Shown: piece by piece, positions 33,047-46,106 of the stretch | Numbering within the stretch: position 1 is the stretch's first letter | Layout of the letters: the number at the start of each line of letters is the position of its first letter | NCBI GenBank assembly: GCA_963698485.1 | Contig: CAVORA010000029.1 | Coordinates: 403,778 to 467,777 of the forward strand | Direction of reading: 5' to 3' | DNA length: 64,000 nucleotides | Source: an uncultured delta proteobacterium | Lineage (GTDB): Bacteria > Myxococcota_A > UBA9160 > UBA4427 | Position numbers and translations under genes: made by a program | The notes under the pieces: model-generated | Database searches by the model: none | The model's input: only the letters and a program-made list of their open reading frames with translations | Told to the model about the DNA's origin: nothing

Positions 33047-33064
33047 CCGGCGCCATGGCGCCGG
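33047..33064. repeat. Perfect 18-nt palindrome just downstream of rarA
   Basis: ccggcgccatggcgccgg is its own reverse complement and lies 57 nt past the rarA stop. It could be a terminator-like hairpin or a protein-binding site. Confidence 0.9.
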
Positions 33065-33120
33065 GTCGTGACGACCCATGCGAGGGGTTGGGGTCGGGTG
33101 CCGCTCGGATCCGGCGGTGA

Positions 33121-34479
33121 CTAGCGGCCCTTGCTCCGTTCCCGCTCGCGTCGGTCCCGCCACGCTTGCAGGCGCTCGGCGACGCGCGCTTCCGCCCCGC
33201 GGCTTTCCGGCTCGTAGTAGCGCCGGCCGCGAAGGGCCTCGGGCAGATTCTCGGCCCCGACGAAGGCATCCTCTGCATCGTGGGCGTAGACGTAGTCCTG
33301 GCCGTAGCCGAGGTCCTTCATGAGCCGCGTCGGCGCGTTGCGTAGATGCTTCGGAACGGGCAGGGGGCCGCTGCCCTCGAGGTCGGCGATCGCTCGCCCC
33401 AGTGCGAGATAGGCGGCGTTGCTCTTGGGGGCGCAGGCGAGATGGGTCGTCACCTGCGCGAGCGGGATCCGGCCCTCGGGCATGCCGATGCGCTCGACCG
33501 CCTGGTGCGCCGCGACGGCCAGACCGAGCGCGCCGGGATCGGCGGCGCCGACGTCCTCGGACGCGAAGATGACGAGCCGTCTCGCCACGTAGAGCGGGTC
33601 CTCTCCGGCCTCGAGCAGCCGTGCGAGATAATGGAGGGCCGCGTCCGGATCGCTGGCCCGCAGGCTCTTGATGAGCGCTGAGACGACGTTGAAATGCTCC
33701 TCCCCGTCGCGGTCGTGCCGCAGCGCGATCCGGCCGACCGCCTCGCTCACCGTCTCCGCCGACAGCGGCTCCGCCCGCCGCCCGCTCGACAGGTGCACGG
33801 TCGCGCTCGCCTCGAGCATCCCGAGCGCGCGCCGCGCATCGCCCTGCGACGCCAGGATCAGCGCTTCCCGCGCCTCGTCGCTGAGGACCAGGTGCGAAGA
33901 GCCCAGGCCACGCTCGCTGTCGGCGAGGGCGCGGTCGAGCACTCGCCCGATCGCCTCGGCGCCGAGCCCCTCGAGCGTGATCACGCGGCAGCGCGATAGC
34001 AGCGGCGCGATCACGCTGAACGACGGGTTCTCCGTGGTCGCGCCGATCAGCGTCACGCTCCCCGCTTCGACGTGGGGCAGCAGCGCATCCTGCTGCGCCT
34101 TGTTGAGTCGATGGATCTCGTCGATGAAGAGCAGCGTACGCAGCCGCGTCCGTCGGGCCGCCTCGATGGCCTTGCGGATCTCCGGTACGCCCGCGGTCAC
34201 CGCCGAGAGCGGCGTCAGCCGCGCATCCTGCATGTCGCCGAGGATCCACGCGAGCGTCGTCTTGCCGCTGCCCGGCGGGCCCCAGAGAATGATCGAGGGC
34301 AGCGCGCCCTGGGCGACCAGCGTGTGGAGCGGGCGGCCGGGGGCGAGCAGCTCTTCGTGTCCCACGAGATCTTCGAGCCGCCGCGGCCGCATGCGCTCCG
34401 CGAGCGGCGCGTGCGGCTCGAGCCGACGCTCGGCTCGTTCGGGGAAGAGGTCGAGGGTCTCGTCCGGAGGTGGCGGCAT
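33121..34479 (-). CDS. rarA: Replication-associated recombination protein A (AAA+ ATPase RarA/MgsA)
   Basis: 452 aa. RPRRLEDLVGHEELL, Walker A GPPGSGKTTLA, LFIDEIHRLNKAQQDALLPHVE and the MgsA C-terminal region. Confidence 0.93.
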   Translation of the reverse strand: MPPPPDETLDLFPERAERRLEPHAPLAERMRPRRLEDLVGHEELLAPGRPLHTLVAQGALPSIILWGPPGSGKTTLAWILGDMQDARLTPLSAVTAGVPEIRKAIEAARRTRLRTLLFIDEIHRLNKAQQDALLPHVEAGSVTLIGATTENPSFSVIAPLLSRCRVITLEGLGAEAIGRVLDRALADSERGLGSSHLVLSDEAREALILASQGDARRALGMLEASATVHLSSGRRAEPLSAETVSEAVGRIALRHDRDGEEHFNVVSALIKSLRASDPDAALHYLARLLEAGEDPLYVARRLVIFASEDVGAADPGALGLAVAAHQAVERIGMPEGRIPLAQVTTHLACAPKSNAAYLALGRAIADLEGSGPLPVPKHLRNAPTRLMKDLGYGQDYVYAHDAEDAFVGAENLPEALRGRRYYEPESRGAEARVAERLQAWRDRRERERSKGR

Positions 34480-34634
34480 GGCTGGATGCTAGCCGAGGCG
34501 TGGTCCCGACCGGCTGCCGCGATCCTTATCCGCGTGGACGAGGCGATCCGGTCTTGAGGCGAGCCCGGCGAAGCGGGATCATGCGCCCGCACCCCGCTTC
34601 CCAATCGGCACCGGGGTCTCTGGGTGGTGGGTCC

Positions 34635-36353
34635 ATGATCGAAGTGCTGCGGATCGAAAACCTGGCTCTCGTGGAGTCGGTCGAGCTCGAGTTCGGACCC
34701 GGGCTGAACGTCCTGACGGGCGAGACCGGCGCGGGCAAGTCGATCATCCTGAGCGCCCTGGCGCTTCTGACGGGTGCCCGGGCTTCCGCTGAGACCCTGC
34801 GGAGCGGGGCGGAAGAAGGCGCCGTCGAGGCGCTCTTCCGAATGGACGGCCACGAGGACGTCTGCCTGGCGCTGGCGGATCGTGGCCTCGAGGGCGAGGC
34901 GGAGTCGAACGGCGAGGGGCCGGCGGAGCTGATCGTGCGGCGAACGCTGCACGCCGGCGGGCGGAGCCGCGCGCGGATCGGCGGGCAGCTGGTGCCTCTC
35001 TCGACGCTGGTCGAGCTCTTCGGCGGCCAGCTCGAGATCTCGAGTCAGCATGGCTCCCAGGCGCTGCGCCACGCGGAGGTCCACGCGCTCGCGCTCGATG
35101 CCTACGCCGACAAGACGAGCCTGCGCGAGCAGGTCGCGCGGGAGGTCGCGCGGGCGTCGCAGCTCGATCGGGAGATCGCGACGCTTCGCGCCGCCGAGGA
35201 GGAGCGGGCGCGTCGGCTCGACTTCCTTCAGTACCAGAGGCAGGAGCTCGAGGCCGATGAGCTCGACGTGGAGAGTGTGGCAAAGCTCGAGTCGGAGCAT
35301 CGCCGCCTCACGCATGCCGAGCGCCTGGCGGAAGAGATGGCGACGGTGTCGCGAGCGCTCGACGGTGGCGGGAGCGGCGAGATGGCTGACTCCGCGGAGG
35401 CGGCGCTCGGGACGGCGCGTCGTGCGCTGACCGCGGCGCTGCGAATGGACCCCTCACTCGAGGAGATGAGCGTTGCTCTCGAGAGCCTCGAGTCCGAGGT
35501 GCGCGATCTGGCGGTCCGGGCCGCGGATTATCTGGCCGAGCTCGAGATCGATCCGGGTCGCCTGGCGGAGGTCGAGGACAAGATCGGTCGGCTCGAGGCG
35601 CTACGCCGAAAATACGGTCGCTCGGTCGAGGAGATGCTGTCCCATCGCGATCAGATCGAGGCCGAGCTGTCTTCGCTCGAGGGGGCGGACGACCGGATTC
35701 GCGAACTCGAGGCGCGCTGCGCCGAGTCGATCGAGGCCGCAAACGAAGCTTCCGCCAAGCTGTCGAAGGCGCGTGCCCGAGCGGCCAAGCAGCTCGCGAA
35801 GGCGGTCGAGGCCGAGCTCGCCGACCTGGCGATGCCCGGCGCGCGCTTCATCGTGTCGCTCGACGCGGTCGAGGCGAGTGGAGGACCGCCAGGACTCGAG
35901 ACGACGGCCGGGGGCCGCGAGCGCCCGCAATTCCTGTTCTCGGCGAACGAGGGCGAGCGGCCCCGGCCGATCCAGAAGGTCGCCTCGGGTGGCGAGCTCT
36001 CGAGACTCTTCCTCGCGGTCAAGAACTCGCTCCGTCGAGCAGACCGCAACATGGTGATCGTCTTCGACGAGGTCGACGCCGGGATCGGAGGCGCCACCGC
36101 CGAGCGCGTCGGCCGCGTGCTCGCCGAGCTCGCAACCGAGCATCAGGTCCTGTGCATCACGCATCTGCCCCAGATCGCGGCCTTCGCCGACCGCCACTTC
36201 GTGGTGCGCAAGGAGGCGCAGAAGGGGCGCACCCGGACGCGGGTCACGGAGGTGCGGGACGATCAGCGGATCGACGAGCTCGCCCGCATGGCGGGCGGAG
36301 AGAATGTGACGGAGGTCACGCGCGAGCACGCTCGCTCTCTCCTGCGTCCCTAG
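34635..36353 (+). CDS. recN: DNA repair protein RecN
   Basis: From the ATG at 34635 (572 aa): MIEVLRIENLALVESVELEFGPGLNVLTGETGAGKSIIL, a long coiled coil, and C-terminal ASGGELSRLFLA...VFDEVDAGIGG. Confidence 0.94.
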   Translation: MIEVLRIENLALVESVELEFGPGLNVLTGETGAGKSIILSALALLTGARASAETLRSGAEEGAVEALFRMDGHEDVCLALADRGLEGEAESNGEGPAELIVRRTLHAGGRSRARIGGQLVPLSTLVELFGGQLEISSQHGSQALRHAEVHALALDAYADKTSLREQVAREVARASQLDREIATLRAAEEERARRLDFLQYQRQELEADELDVESVAKLESEHRRLTHAERLAEEMATVSRALDGGGSGEMADSAEAALGTARRALTAALRMDPSLEEMSVALESLESEVRDLAVRAADYLAELEIDPGRLAEVEDKIGRLEALRRKYGRSVEEMLSHRDQIEAELSSLEGADDRIRELEARCAESIEAANEASAKLSKARARAAKQLAKAVEAELADLAMPGARFIVSLDAVEASGGPPGLETTAGGRERPQFLFSANEGERPRPIQKVASGGELSRLFLAVKNSLRRADRNMVIVFDEVDAGIGGATAERVGRVLAELATEHQVLCITHLPQIAAFADRHFVVRKEAQKGRTRTRVTEVRDDQRIDELARMAGGENVTEVTREHARSLLRP

Positions 36354-36557
36354 TCGCGGGCCCCCGGGCGGGGTCGCCCCGGGGCACCGACGGCTCGTGA
36401 TCGCACCGTGTCCTCGGGGGCTCTGACGATCGGACCGGGCCCAGGCAGCGGCTTCTCCGATGTGCAGATCGGTCAAGAACCTGGCTGCGAAGGCCGATGA
36501 GTCTCGTGGGGCGCTGGATCGAGCCAGTCGCCTCGAAACGTACGAGGCGGCCTGCCG

Positions 36558-36896
36558 ATGGCGTCGGGATCCCAACAGAATGTCGAGCAACGGATCTGTC
36601 CCCCGCCCGGGGCGAGTGCGGTCGTGCTCTCGGGCTTCTACGAGGGGCTCGAGCTGCTGCTGGACCGGGAGCGGATCGTCATCGGTCGAGGCCGCAAGGC
36701 CGATCTGGCGCTCGCCGAAGCGACGATCTCGCGGGCGCATGCGGCGATCGGCTTCGACGGGAAGACGTTCTACGTCGAGGATCTGGACAGCACGAACGGG
36801 ACGCTCGTGAACGGCTCACGGATCGTGAGGCAGCCGCTCAAGACCCAGGACGAGATCCAGATGGGCAAGCTTCGCATCGGCGTGACGCTGCCGTAG
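36558..36896 (+). CDS. FHA-domain protein
   Basis: 112 aa with IVIGRGRKADLALAEATISRAHAAIGFDGKTFYVEDLDSTNGTLVNGSRI, the canonical FHA pattern (GR...S.xH...D..S.NGT..NG). Confidence 0.85.
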   Translation: MASGSQQNVEQRICPPPGASAVVLSGFYEGLELLLDRERIVIGRGRKADLALAEATISRAHAAIGFDGKTFYVEDLDSTNGTLVNGSRIVRQPLKTQDEIQMGKLRIGVTLP

Positions 36897-36939
36897 CCGG
36901 GGCGAATTCTTCGCGGGCACACGCCTCCGGGCGACCGCG

Positions 36940-37944
36940 ATGTGGAGAGGGCATCGAGCATCCATGGAATCCTACAACCTCATCTGGGTCCGAGATCAGC
37001 GCTCGCGACCGCTTCAGATTTCGATTCCGAAGCGCCGCGTCCAGCACGCTGCGATCGCCGCGGCGGTCCTGGTGCTCGTCGGGTTGGCGGGTGTCTGGGA
37101 TTATTGGCGCCTGCGAGCGGACAACGCAGAGCTCGCGGAGCTGCGCATCGAAGCCCTCGAGCAGCGCGAGAAGATCGCCGTCTTCCAGAATCGCATCGCC
37201 CAGGTCGACGAGCAGATCGCCAAGGTCGGTGAGCTCGAACGCAAGGTTCGCATCATCGCCAACCTGCCGGGGGCAGCGGGCGTCGGTGGCGAGGACGTTT
37301 CCGAGCTGGCGCCGGAGGGTCGCGAGGTCGGGCCGCCGGTCGGTGTCCCGGTCGATCGCACTCAGCCGCCCGCCGGTCTGAACGGGCAGGGTGGCAACGA
37401 GCCGTACGGGATCTTCGACGACGAGGTCTCCGGGGTCGATGTGCTCGAGCAGCTCGACGGTGTCGCCGTCAGTCTCTCGGATGGTGCCGGCGCGCGCGCC
37501 GAGTCGCTCGAGGTCCTGCTCGAACAGCTCGACGACAAGCGGCAGCGCCTGGTCTCGATGCCGTCGATCTGGCCCGCCAAGGGCTGGCTCACCTCTCGCT
37601 TCGGACCGCGCGTATCCCCTTTCACGGGTCGCCGTCACGTCCACGCCGGAATCGACATCGCCGCGGCCAGCGGGACCTCGATCTACGCGCCGGCTCGTGG
37701 TCGCGTGAGCTTCGTCGGTCGCAAGGGGCCGCTCGGCAAGGCGCTGGTGCTCGACCACGGCTTCGGGGTCAAGACGGTCTACGGCCACACCAAGGAGATC
37801 CACGTCAGCACGGGCGAGACCGTCGAGCGTGGTCAGGAGATCGCCGCCATCGGCAGTACAGGTCGCAGCACCGGCCCCCATCTCCACTACGTGGTCGAGG
37901 TGAACGGCAAGGCGCGAGATCCGCTGGACTACATCTTCGACTGA
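36940..37944 (+). CDS. M23-family metallopeptidase with N-terminal anchor and coiled coil (EnvC/MepM-like)
   Basis: [22 protein letters not shown]...[14 protein letters not shown]...[19 protein letters not shown] gives the HxxxD and HxH zinc motifs. TM segment [17 protein letters not shown]. Coiled coil in residues ~50-110. An alternative ATG lies at 36964. Confidence 0.88.
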
Positions 37945-38164
37945 TCCCCTCGGCAGGGAGCGCCGGGCTCGCTGCGCATTTGCTGCCTGCGGAGCCGTCT
38001 CCTACCCTCCGCCGTCACTCGAAGAATCCCCCCTCTGCTTCGACGACTTCCCTCTCACGTCGCGACCTCGCGCCGTGGCGCGGAGTCGCCACGACGTCCG
38101 GCGAGACGGTCGCGGCGCTTCGGTCGAGGTCGCGTCGCGAGCCAGCTGGAGCCAAAAGGGGCCG

Positions 38165-40954
<2,790 letters not shown>

Positions 40955-40991
40955 GCGCGCCCACGAGCACGCGCATTCCGGAGCGCGGGCG

Positions 40992-42185
40992 ATGAAGGTC
41001 CGACGAGAGGCTCGGCCCGTGGCCGGTTTTCGGGCCGTGGGTCTTCACGCCGGAATCAAGGCGAAGGCCAGGGATCTGGCGATGATCGTGTCCGACGAGC
41101 CCGCGAGCGTGGCGGCCGTCTTCACGACCTCGACCTTCGTGGGAGCGCCGGTCGAGGTGTCACGCGAGCGCGTCCGGCGAGGGCGTGCCCGGGGCGTCGT
41201 GGTGAACAGCGGCTGCTCGAACGTCGCGATGGGCCTGCGCGGGGTGCGCGATGCGAGGACGATGGCTCGGCTCGCCGCGCAGGCGGTGGGCTGCGACGAG
41301 GCCGAGATGCTCGTCGCGTCGACCGGCGTGATCGGTCAGCCGCTTCCCCTCGACGTGCTGAAGGTCGCGATTCCGCGGGCGGCGGCGGGTCTCGCGGCCG
41401 AGGGCTGGGACGACGCGGCGGAGGCGATCCGCACGACGGATACCCACGCGAAGGTGGCTTCGACGCGATTGAAGATCGGCGACCGCTTCATCACGATTCA
41501 GGGCATCGCCAAGGGATCGGGGATGATCGAGCCGAACATGGCGACGATGCTCTCCTTCCTCGCGACGGACGCGCCGATCGCCCCGGCCACGCTGCGGGCG
41601 ATGCTGCGACGCGTCGCCGACGCAACCTACAACTGCTTGTCGGTGGACGGCGAGAGCTCGACCAGCGACACGGTCGTCCTGCTGGCGAATGGCGCGGCCG
41701 GCGGTGCAACGCTCCGTGGTGGGGAGGCCGCGCGCTTCGAGGCCGGGCTGCTCGCGGTGTGCGAAGACCTCGTCCGTCAGCTGGCGCGGGACGGCGAGGG
41801 CGCCACGAAGCTGCTGCTCGTCGAGGTCGAGGGGGCCGGCAGCGCGGCCGAGGCGGAGCGGGCCGCCCGCCGGATCGGGAATTCGATGCTCGTCAAGACG
41901 GCGGTCTTCGGGGGCGACCCGAATTGGGGTCGGATCCTGCAGACCATTGGCGCGGGTCGGGTTCGCTGGAGCGCCGAGACGGCGCGCATCCGGGTCGGGG
42001 GCGTCGTCGTGTTCGCCAGGGGGCGATCGGCCGGTCCGGCCGCCCGCAAGCGCGCGCAAAAGGCCCACGCAGCCGAAGAGATCAAGATCCAGGTCGACCT
42101 GGGCGTCGGATCGCACAGCGCGCGGCTCTTCACCTGCGATCTCAGCTACGAATACGTCCGGATCAACGCCGAGTACACGACCTAG
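40992..42185 (+). CDS. argJ: Bifunctional glutamate N-acetyltransferase/amino-acid acetyltransferase ArgJ
   Basis: 397 aa from the ATG at 40992. GFRAVGLHAGIK, the self-cleavage site PNMATMLSFLATDA, and the C-terminal CDLSYEYVRINAEYTT. Confidence 0.92.
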   Translation: MKVRREARPVAGFRAVGLHAGIKAKARDLAMIVSDEPASVAAVFTTSTFVGAPVEVSRERVRRGRARGVVVNSGCSNVAMGLRGVRDARTMARLAAQAVGCDEAEMLVASTGVIGQPLPLDVLKVAIPRAAAGLAAEGWDDAAEAIRTTDTHAKVASTRLKIGDRFITIQGIAKGSGMIEPNMATMLSFLATDAPIAPATLRAMLRRVADATYNCLSVDGESSTSDTVVLLANGAAGGATLRGGEAARFEAGLLAVCEDLVRQLARDGEGATKLLLVEVEGAGSAAEAERAARRIGNSMLVKTAVFGGDPNWGRILQTIGAGRVRWSAETARIRVGGVVVFARGRSAGPAARKRAQKAHAAEEIKIQVDLGVGSHSARLFTCDLSYEYVRINAEYTT

Positions 42186-42528
42186 ATCGCCCGGCCCGCG
42201 GCTGCCTCCATGGGTTGGGCCGCCCCGGGGTGTCGTCCGCGCCCGACTCTGCTAAACACCCGGCACTTCACACGTTCCGAGTCACCCCGGCGGTGCCTGG
42301 AGCGGATCCGAAGACATGCTCGTCTCGGCTGGACAGACCGGTCGGGCCGCTCGTTTTCCCGCGTCGCCCTCATCCAGAACGTGATCGATCGAGCCCGAGA
42401 GTCGGACTCGCTAGAACGATCGGAGAGGGCATCGAAGGGCGGGATCGGGGGGGAGCTTGTCGCCGGGACGCGACGGGTCGGGGATAGGACGGCTCGGGGC
42501 GGAGGCCCAACCGCCAAAGGAGAGATCC

Positions 42529-43662
42529 ATGTCCGAGACCCCGGCCACACCCGAGGCCGTTACGCCCCCCGTTGGTACAACGGATGCTGCAACCGATGCG
42601 GCGACTGCCCCCGCGGCCGCAGCCGCTTCAGCCGATGCGCCCGCCCCCGAGAGCGAGCTGAGCCAGGCCCTCAAGGAGCAGGAAATTTCGATTCGCTCGC
42701 TGATCGAGGCGGGCGTTCACTATGGCCATCAGCCGGGTCGCTGGAATCCGCTGATGAGGTCGTACATCTTCGGCGAGCGCAACGGCACCCACATCATCGA
42801 CCTCGACCAGACGCTTCCCATGTTGAAGGAAGCCCTGGATTTCCTGCGCGAGACCACCGCCGCGGGCGGCTCGGTGCTCTTTGTCGGGACGAAGCGACAG
42901 GCGCAGGGCTCGATCATGCTCGAGGCCAAGCGAGCGGGTCAGCACTACGTCAACAACCGCTGGCTCGGGGGCATGCTCACGAACTGGAAGACGGTCAAGA
43001 AGTCGATCGACCGCTACAACCAGTACCTCGAGATCCTCGGCAACGAGGAGAAGCGCGCCGAGCTGTCGAAGAAGGAGCAGGCGAGCATGTCTCGCCAGGT
43101 GGAGAAGTACTCGAAGTCGCTCGAAGGCATTCGAGCCATGGAACGTCCGCCCGACGCGATCTTCATCATCGACGTGGGCAAGGAGGCGATCGCGGTGCAG
43201 GAGGCCAAGCGCCTGCACATCCCGATCGTCGGCATCGTCGACACCAATAACAGCCCGCGGTACATCGATCTCGTCGTGCCCGGCAACGACGACGCGCTCC
43301 GCGCCATCGACCTCTACTGCACGGCGGCGGCCAACGCCTGCCGCGAGGGCTACGAGCGACATCAGGCGGAGCTGGTGGCGCAGCGGCGCGATGCGCCGGC
43401 TCCGGCCAAGGCCGAGGCAGGGTCTGCGACCGGCCGACGGGTCGTCGAGATCAAGCAGCAGCCCCGTCGCGGACGCGGTCAGGGCGAGCGCTCCGCCGGC
43501 GGTGGCAAGAGCTACTCCGCGGGCTCGGACAAGCCCGAGGAGGCCTCACCCGCGAAGGTGAAGCCGGCCGAGGCAGCGACGGCCGAGCCGCAGACGGCTT
43601 CTGCTCCGCCTGCTACGCCGCCGCCGGCCGCCACGCCGGTCGAAGGCGCGGACAAGGCTTAG
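42529..43662 (+). CDS. rpsB: 30S ribosomal protein S2 with N- and C-terminal low-complexity extensions
   Basis: Core LIEAGVHYGHQPGRWNPLMRSYIFGERNGTHIIDL...IVDTN. The ATG at 42529 has a strong AAAGGAGAG RBS. About 50 aa of A/T/P-rich sequence precede the core, and about 90 aa of A/P/E/K-rich sequence follow it. Confidence 0.92.
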   Translation: MSETPATPEAVTPPVGTTDAATDAATAPAAAAASADAPAPESELSQALKEQEISIRSLIEAGVHYGHQPGRWNPLMRSYIFGERNGTHIIDLDQTLPMLKEALDFLRETTAAGGSVLFVGTKRQAQGSIMLEAKRAGQHYVNNRWLGGMLTNWKTVKKSIDRYNQYLEILGNEEKRAELSKKEQASMSRQVEKYSKSLEGIRAMERPPDAIFIIDVGKEAIAVQEAKRLHIPIVGIVDTNNSPRYIDLVVPGNDDALRAIDLYCTAAANACREGYERHQAELVAQRRDAPAPAKAEAGSATGRRVVEIKQQPRRGRGQGERSAGGGKSYSAGSDKPEEASPAKVKPAEAATAEPQTASAPPATPPPAATPVEGADKA

Positions 43663-43763
43663 GAAGAATCCGGGAGACCGTGAGGTCCTCCCCAGCACGG
43701 AACCCGAAGGAATCGCCCGACGCGAGCGCGGGTGGGACGCTTCGGCTCCGGGAGACCAGGACA

Positions 43764-44627
43764 GTGGCAGGGATCTCTGCAAGTGACGTGAAGGCGCTCC
43801 GTGATTCGACGGGCGCGGGGATGATGGATTGCAAGAAGGCCTTGAAGGAGGCCGAAGGCGACGTCGAGAAGGCGATGGAGCTGCTGCGGGCGAGCGGCCT
43901 CGCGAAGGCGGGCAAGCGCGCGGGCCGCGACACGAGCGAGGGGGCAGTGGTCTTCTCGATCGACGGCGGCCGTGGAGCGCTGATCGAGCTCGGTTGCGAG
44001 ACCGACTTCGTGGCCAAGACGCCCGACTTCCAGACCCTCGCCCAGGGCGTCGCAGACGCCGCGGCCGCCGCCAACGCCGGAGACGTCGCGTCCGCTCTGG
44101 CCGCGCCGATGGACGGGAGCACGGTCGATGAAGTCGTGAAGGCGGCCGTGGCCAAGGTCGGCGAGAACATCCAGCTGAAGCGCGTCGGCTGTGTCTCGGT
44201 CGACGGTGTGGTTGGAGGCTATGTGCACGGCGGCGGAATTCTCGGCGTGCTGGTGGCCCTGGAGACGGATCTTTCGGGTGACGACGTGCAGGGCGTGGCG
44301 AAGGAGGTCGCGATGCATGTCGCTGCTCATGATCCGACGCCGATCGCCGTCGATCGCGATGACATGCCGGCGGCGCTGGTCGAGAAGGAGCGCGCGTTCC
44401 TGACTCAGCAGGCCAAGGACAGCGGCAAGCCCGACAACGTCATCGAGAAGATGGTCGACGGCCGGATCAACAAGTTCTTCGCCGAAAACTGCCTGCTCGC
44501 TCAGGGCTTCGTGAAGGACCCCGACAAGAGCGTGCGTGATATCCTCGCAGAAGCCGGCAAGGCCGCGGGGGGCGAGATCAAGGTCGCCTCCTTCGTTCGC
44601 TTCAAGCTGGGAGAGGCTGCTGAATAG
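43764..44627 (+). CDS. tsf: Elongation factor Ts (start uncertain)
   Basis: [39 protein letters not shown] is the EF-Ts N-terminal UBA-like signature. GTG 43764 gives 287 aa. The tracked ORF opens at GTG 43680. Confidence 0.9.
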   Translation: MAGISASDVKALRDSTGAGMMDCKKALKEAEGDVEKAMELLRASGLAKAGKRAGRDTSEGAVVFSIDGGRGALIELGCETDFVAKTPDFQTLAQGVADAAAAANAGDVASALAAPMDGSTVDEVVKAAVAKVGENIQLKRVGCVSVDGVVGGYVHGGGILGVLVALETDLSGDDVQGVAKEVAMHVAAHDPTPIAVDRDDMPAALVEKERAFLTQQAKDSGKPDNVIEKMVDGRINKFFAENCLLAQGFVKDPDKSVRDILAEAGKAAGGEIKVASFVRFKLGEAAE

Positions 44628-45349
44628 TGTCGATTGCGTACCGGAGGCTGCTGCTCAAGCTCTCCGGCGAGGGGCTCGCCGGAGAGGACGGGTACGGCAT
44701 CCATCCGGGCGTGATCGGTGGACTCGCCGAGCAGATTCGAGAGGTCCACGCGCTCGGCACCCAGATCAGCATCGTCATCGGCGGCGGGAACATCATTCGC
44801 GGCATGACGGCCGCCGCTCAGGGGATGGACCGGGCGCAGGCCGACTACATGGGAATGCTCGCCAGCGTGATCAACGCGATGGCGCTGCAGGACGCCCTCG
44901 AGAAGGTCGACGTGCCGACGCGCGTCCAGACCGCCATCGAGATCGCACAGGTTGCCGAGCCGTATATCCGGCGCCGCGCCGTGCGTCACCTCGAGAAGGG
45001 GCGCCTCGTGATCTTCGCGGCGGGCACCGGCAACCCGTATTTCACGACGGACACCGCGGCCGCCCTGCGCGCCGCCGAGATCCAGGCCGAGGTCGTGATG
45101 AAGGCGACGCAGGTGGATGGTGTGTACAACGCAGATCCGTCTCGGGTGGCCACCGCGGAGCGCTACGAGCAGCTCACCTTCGATGAGGCCCTGCGCCTCG
45201 ACCTTCGATTCATGGACCAGTCGGCGATCGCCTTGTGTCGCGAGAACGACCTGCCGATCAGGGTATTCGACATGGGCGTGCGCGGGAATATCCTGAAGGC
45301 GGTTCGTGGGGAGACGGTCGGAACGCTGGTGCGGAATCGGCACGACTGA
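44627..45349 (+). CDS. pyrH: UMP kinase
   Basis: 240 aa. [25 protein letters not shown] and [25 protein letters not shown] start directly after the tsf stop. Confidence 0.94.
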   Translation: MSIAYRRLLLKLSGEGLAGEDGYGIHPGVIGGLAEQIREVHALGTQISIVIGGGNIIRGMTAAAQGMDRAQADYMGMLASVINAMALQDALEKVDVPTRVQTAIEIAQVAEPYIRRRAVRHLEKGRLVIFAAGTGNPYFTTDTAAALRAAEIQAEVVMKATQVDGVYNADPSRVATAERYEQLTFDEALRLDLRFMDQSAIALCRENDLPIRVFDMGVRGNILKAVRGETVGTLVRNRHD

Positions 45350-45455
45350 GCCCCGCGCGGCAGGTCCGTGCGCCAGGCTGCTGCTGCTGCCGACGGCTCT
45401 GACGGAGAAGACGCGGACGGCTCAGACCGCGAAGAGAGAGGAGGCTCGACGAGAC

Positions 45456-46025
45456 ATGGCGGAAGAAGAAGACGTAGAGGCGGTGATCGACGAAGCGCGG
45501 GAATCGATGGACAAGGCGATCGATCGCTTTCGCAAGGAGCTGACCCGGGTGCGAACGGGCCGCGCGAGCACGAACCTGCTCGACGGCATCTCGGTCGATT
45601 ATTTCGACACGCCGACGCAGCTGAACCAGCTCGCGACGCTGTCCGTTCCCGACCCGCGGATGATCGTGATCTCGCCCTTCGACAAGACCGTCATCCCGAT
45701 GATCGAGAAGGCCATCCAGAGCTCCGACCTCGGCCTCACGCCCAGCAACGACGGCAAGGTCATCCGGCTGCAGATCCCGCCGCTCACCGAGGAGCGGCGC
45801 AAGGTGCTCGTCAAGCAGGTTCGCAAGGTCGCGGAGGATCACCGGATCCGGGTGCGTGACGCGCGCCGCGACAGCCTGTCGATGCTCAAGGATCTCGAGG
45901 ACGACGGTCTCTCGAAGGACGATCGCCATCGCGCCGAGAAGAAGGTCCAGGACGTGACGGATGAGTTCGTCAAGAAGATCGACGAGCTGACCGCGCAGAA
46001 GGAGAAGGACGTGCTCGAGGTCTGA
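45456..46025 (+). CDS. frr: Ribosome recycling factor
   Basis: 189 aa from the ATG at 45456. MDKAIDRFRKELTRVRTGRASTNLLDGISVDYFDTPTQLNQLATLSVPDPRMIVISPFDK. Confidence 0.94.
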   Translation: MAEEEDVEAVIDEARESMDKAIDRFRKELTRVRTGRASTNLLDGISVDYFDTPTQLNQLATLSVPDPRMIVISPFDKTVIPMIEKAIQSSDLGLTPSNDGKVIRLQIPPLTEERRKVLVKQVRKVAEDHRIRVRDARRDSLSMLKDLEDDGLSKDDRHRAEKKVQDVTDEFVKKIDELTAQKEKDVLEV

Positions 46026-46106
46026 TCCTCGAGGCGTTTCTGGAAACCGAGTCGACGGAGTACGCCGCGCCGTGGAGGGGCTGCGTTCGCGGAGGCCAGA
46101 CAGACG

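Noticed and set aside
32493-33120. Possible known housekeeping ncRNA (RNase P RNA, 4.5S/SRP RNA, 6S, tmRNA) in the long spacer.
   Set aside because: I could not find the conserved cores on either strand: GGAAAGUCCGG / ACAGAACCCGGCUUA for RNase P, the GGAA/AGCAG SRP motif, or a tRNA-like 3' end for tmRNA. Only a covariance-model scan can settle this.
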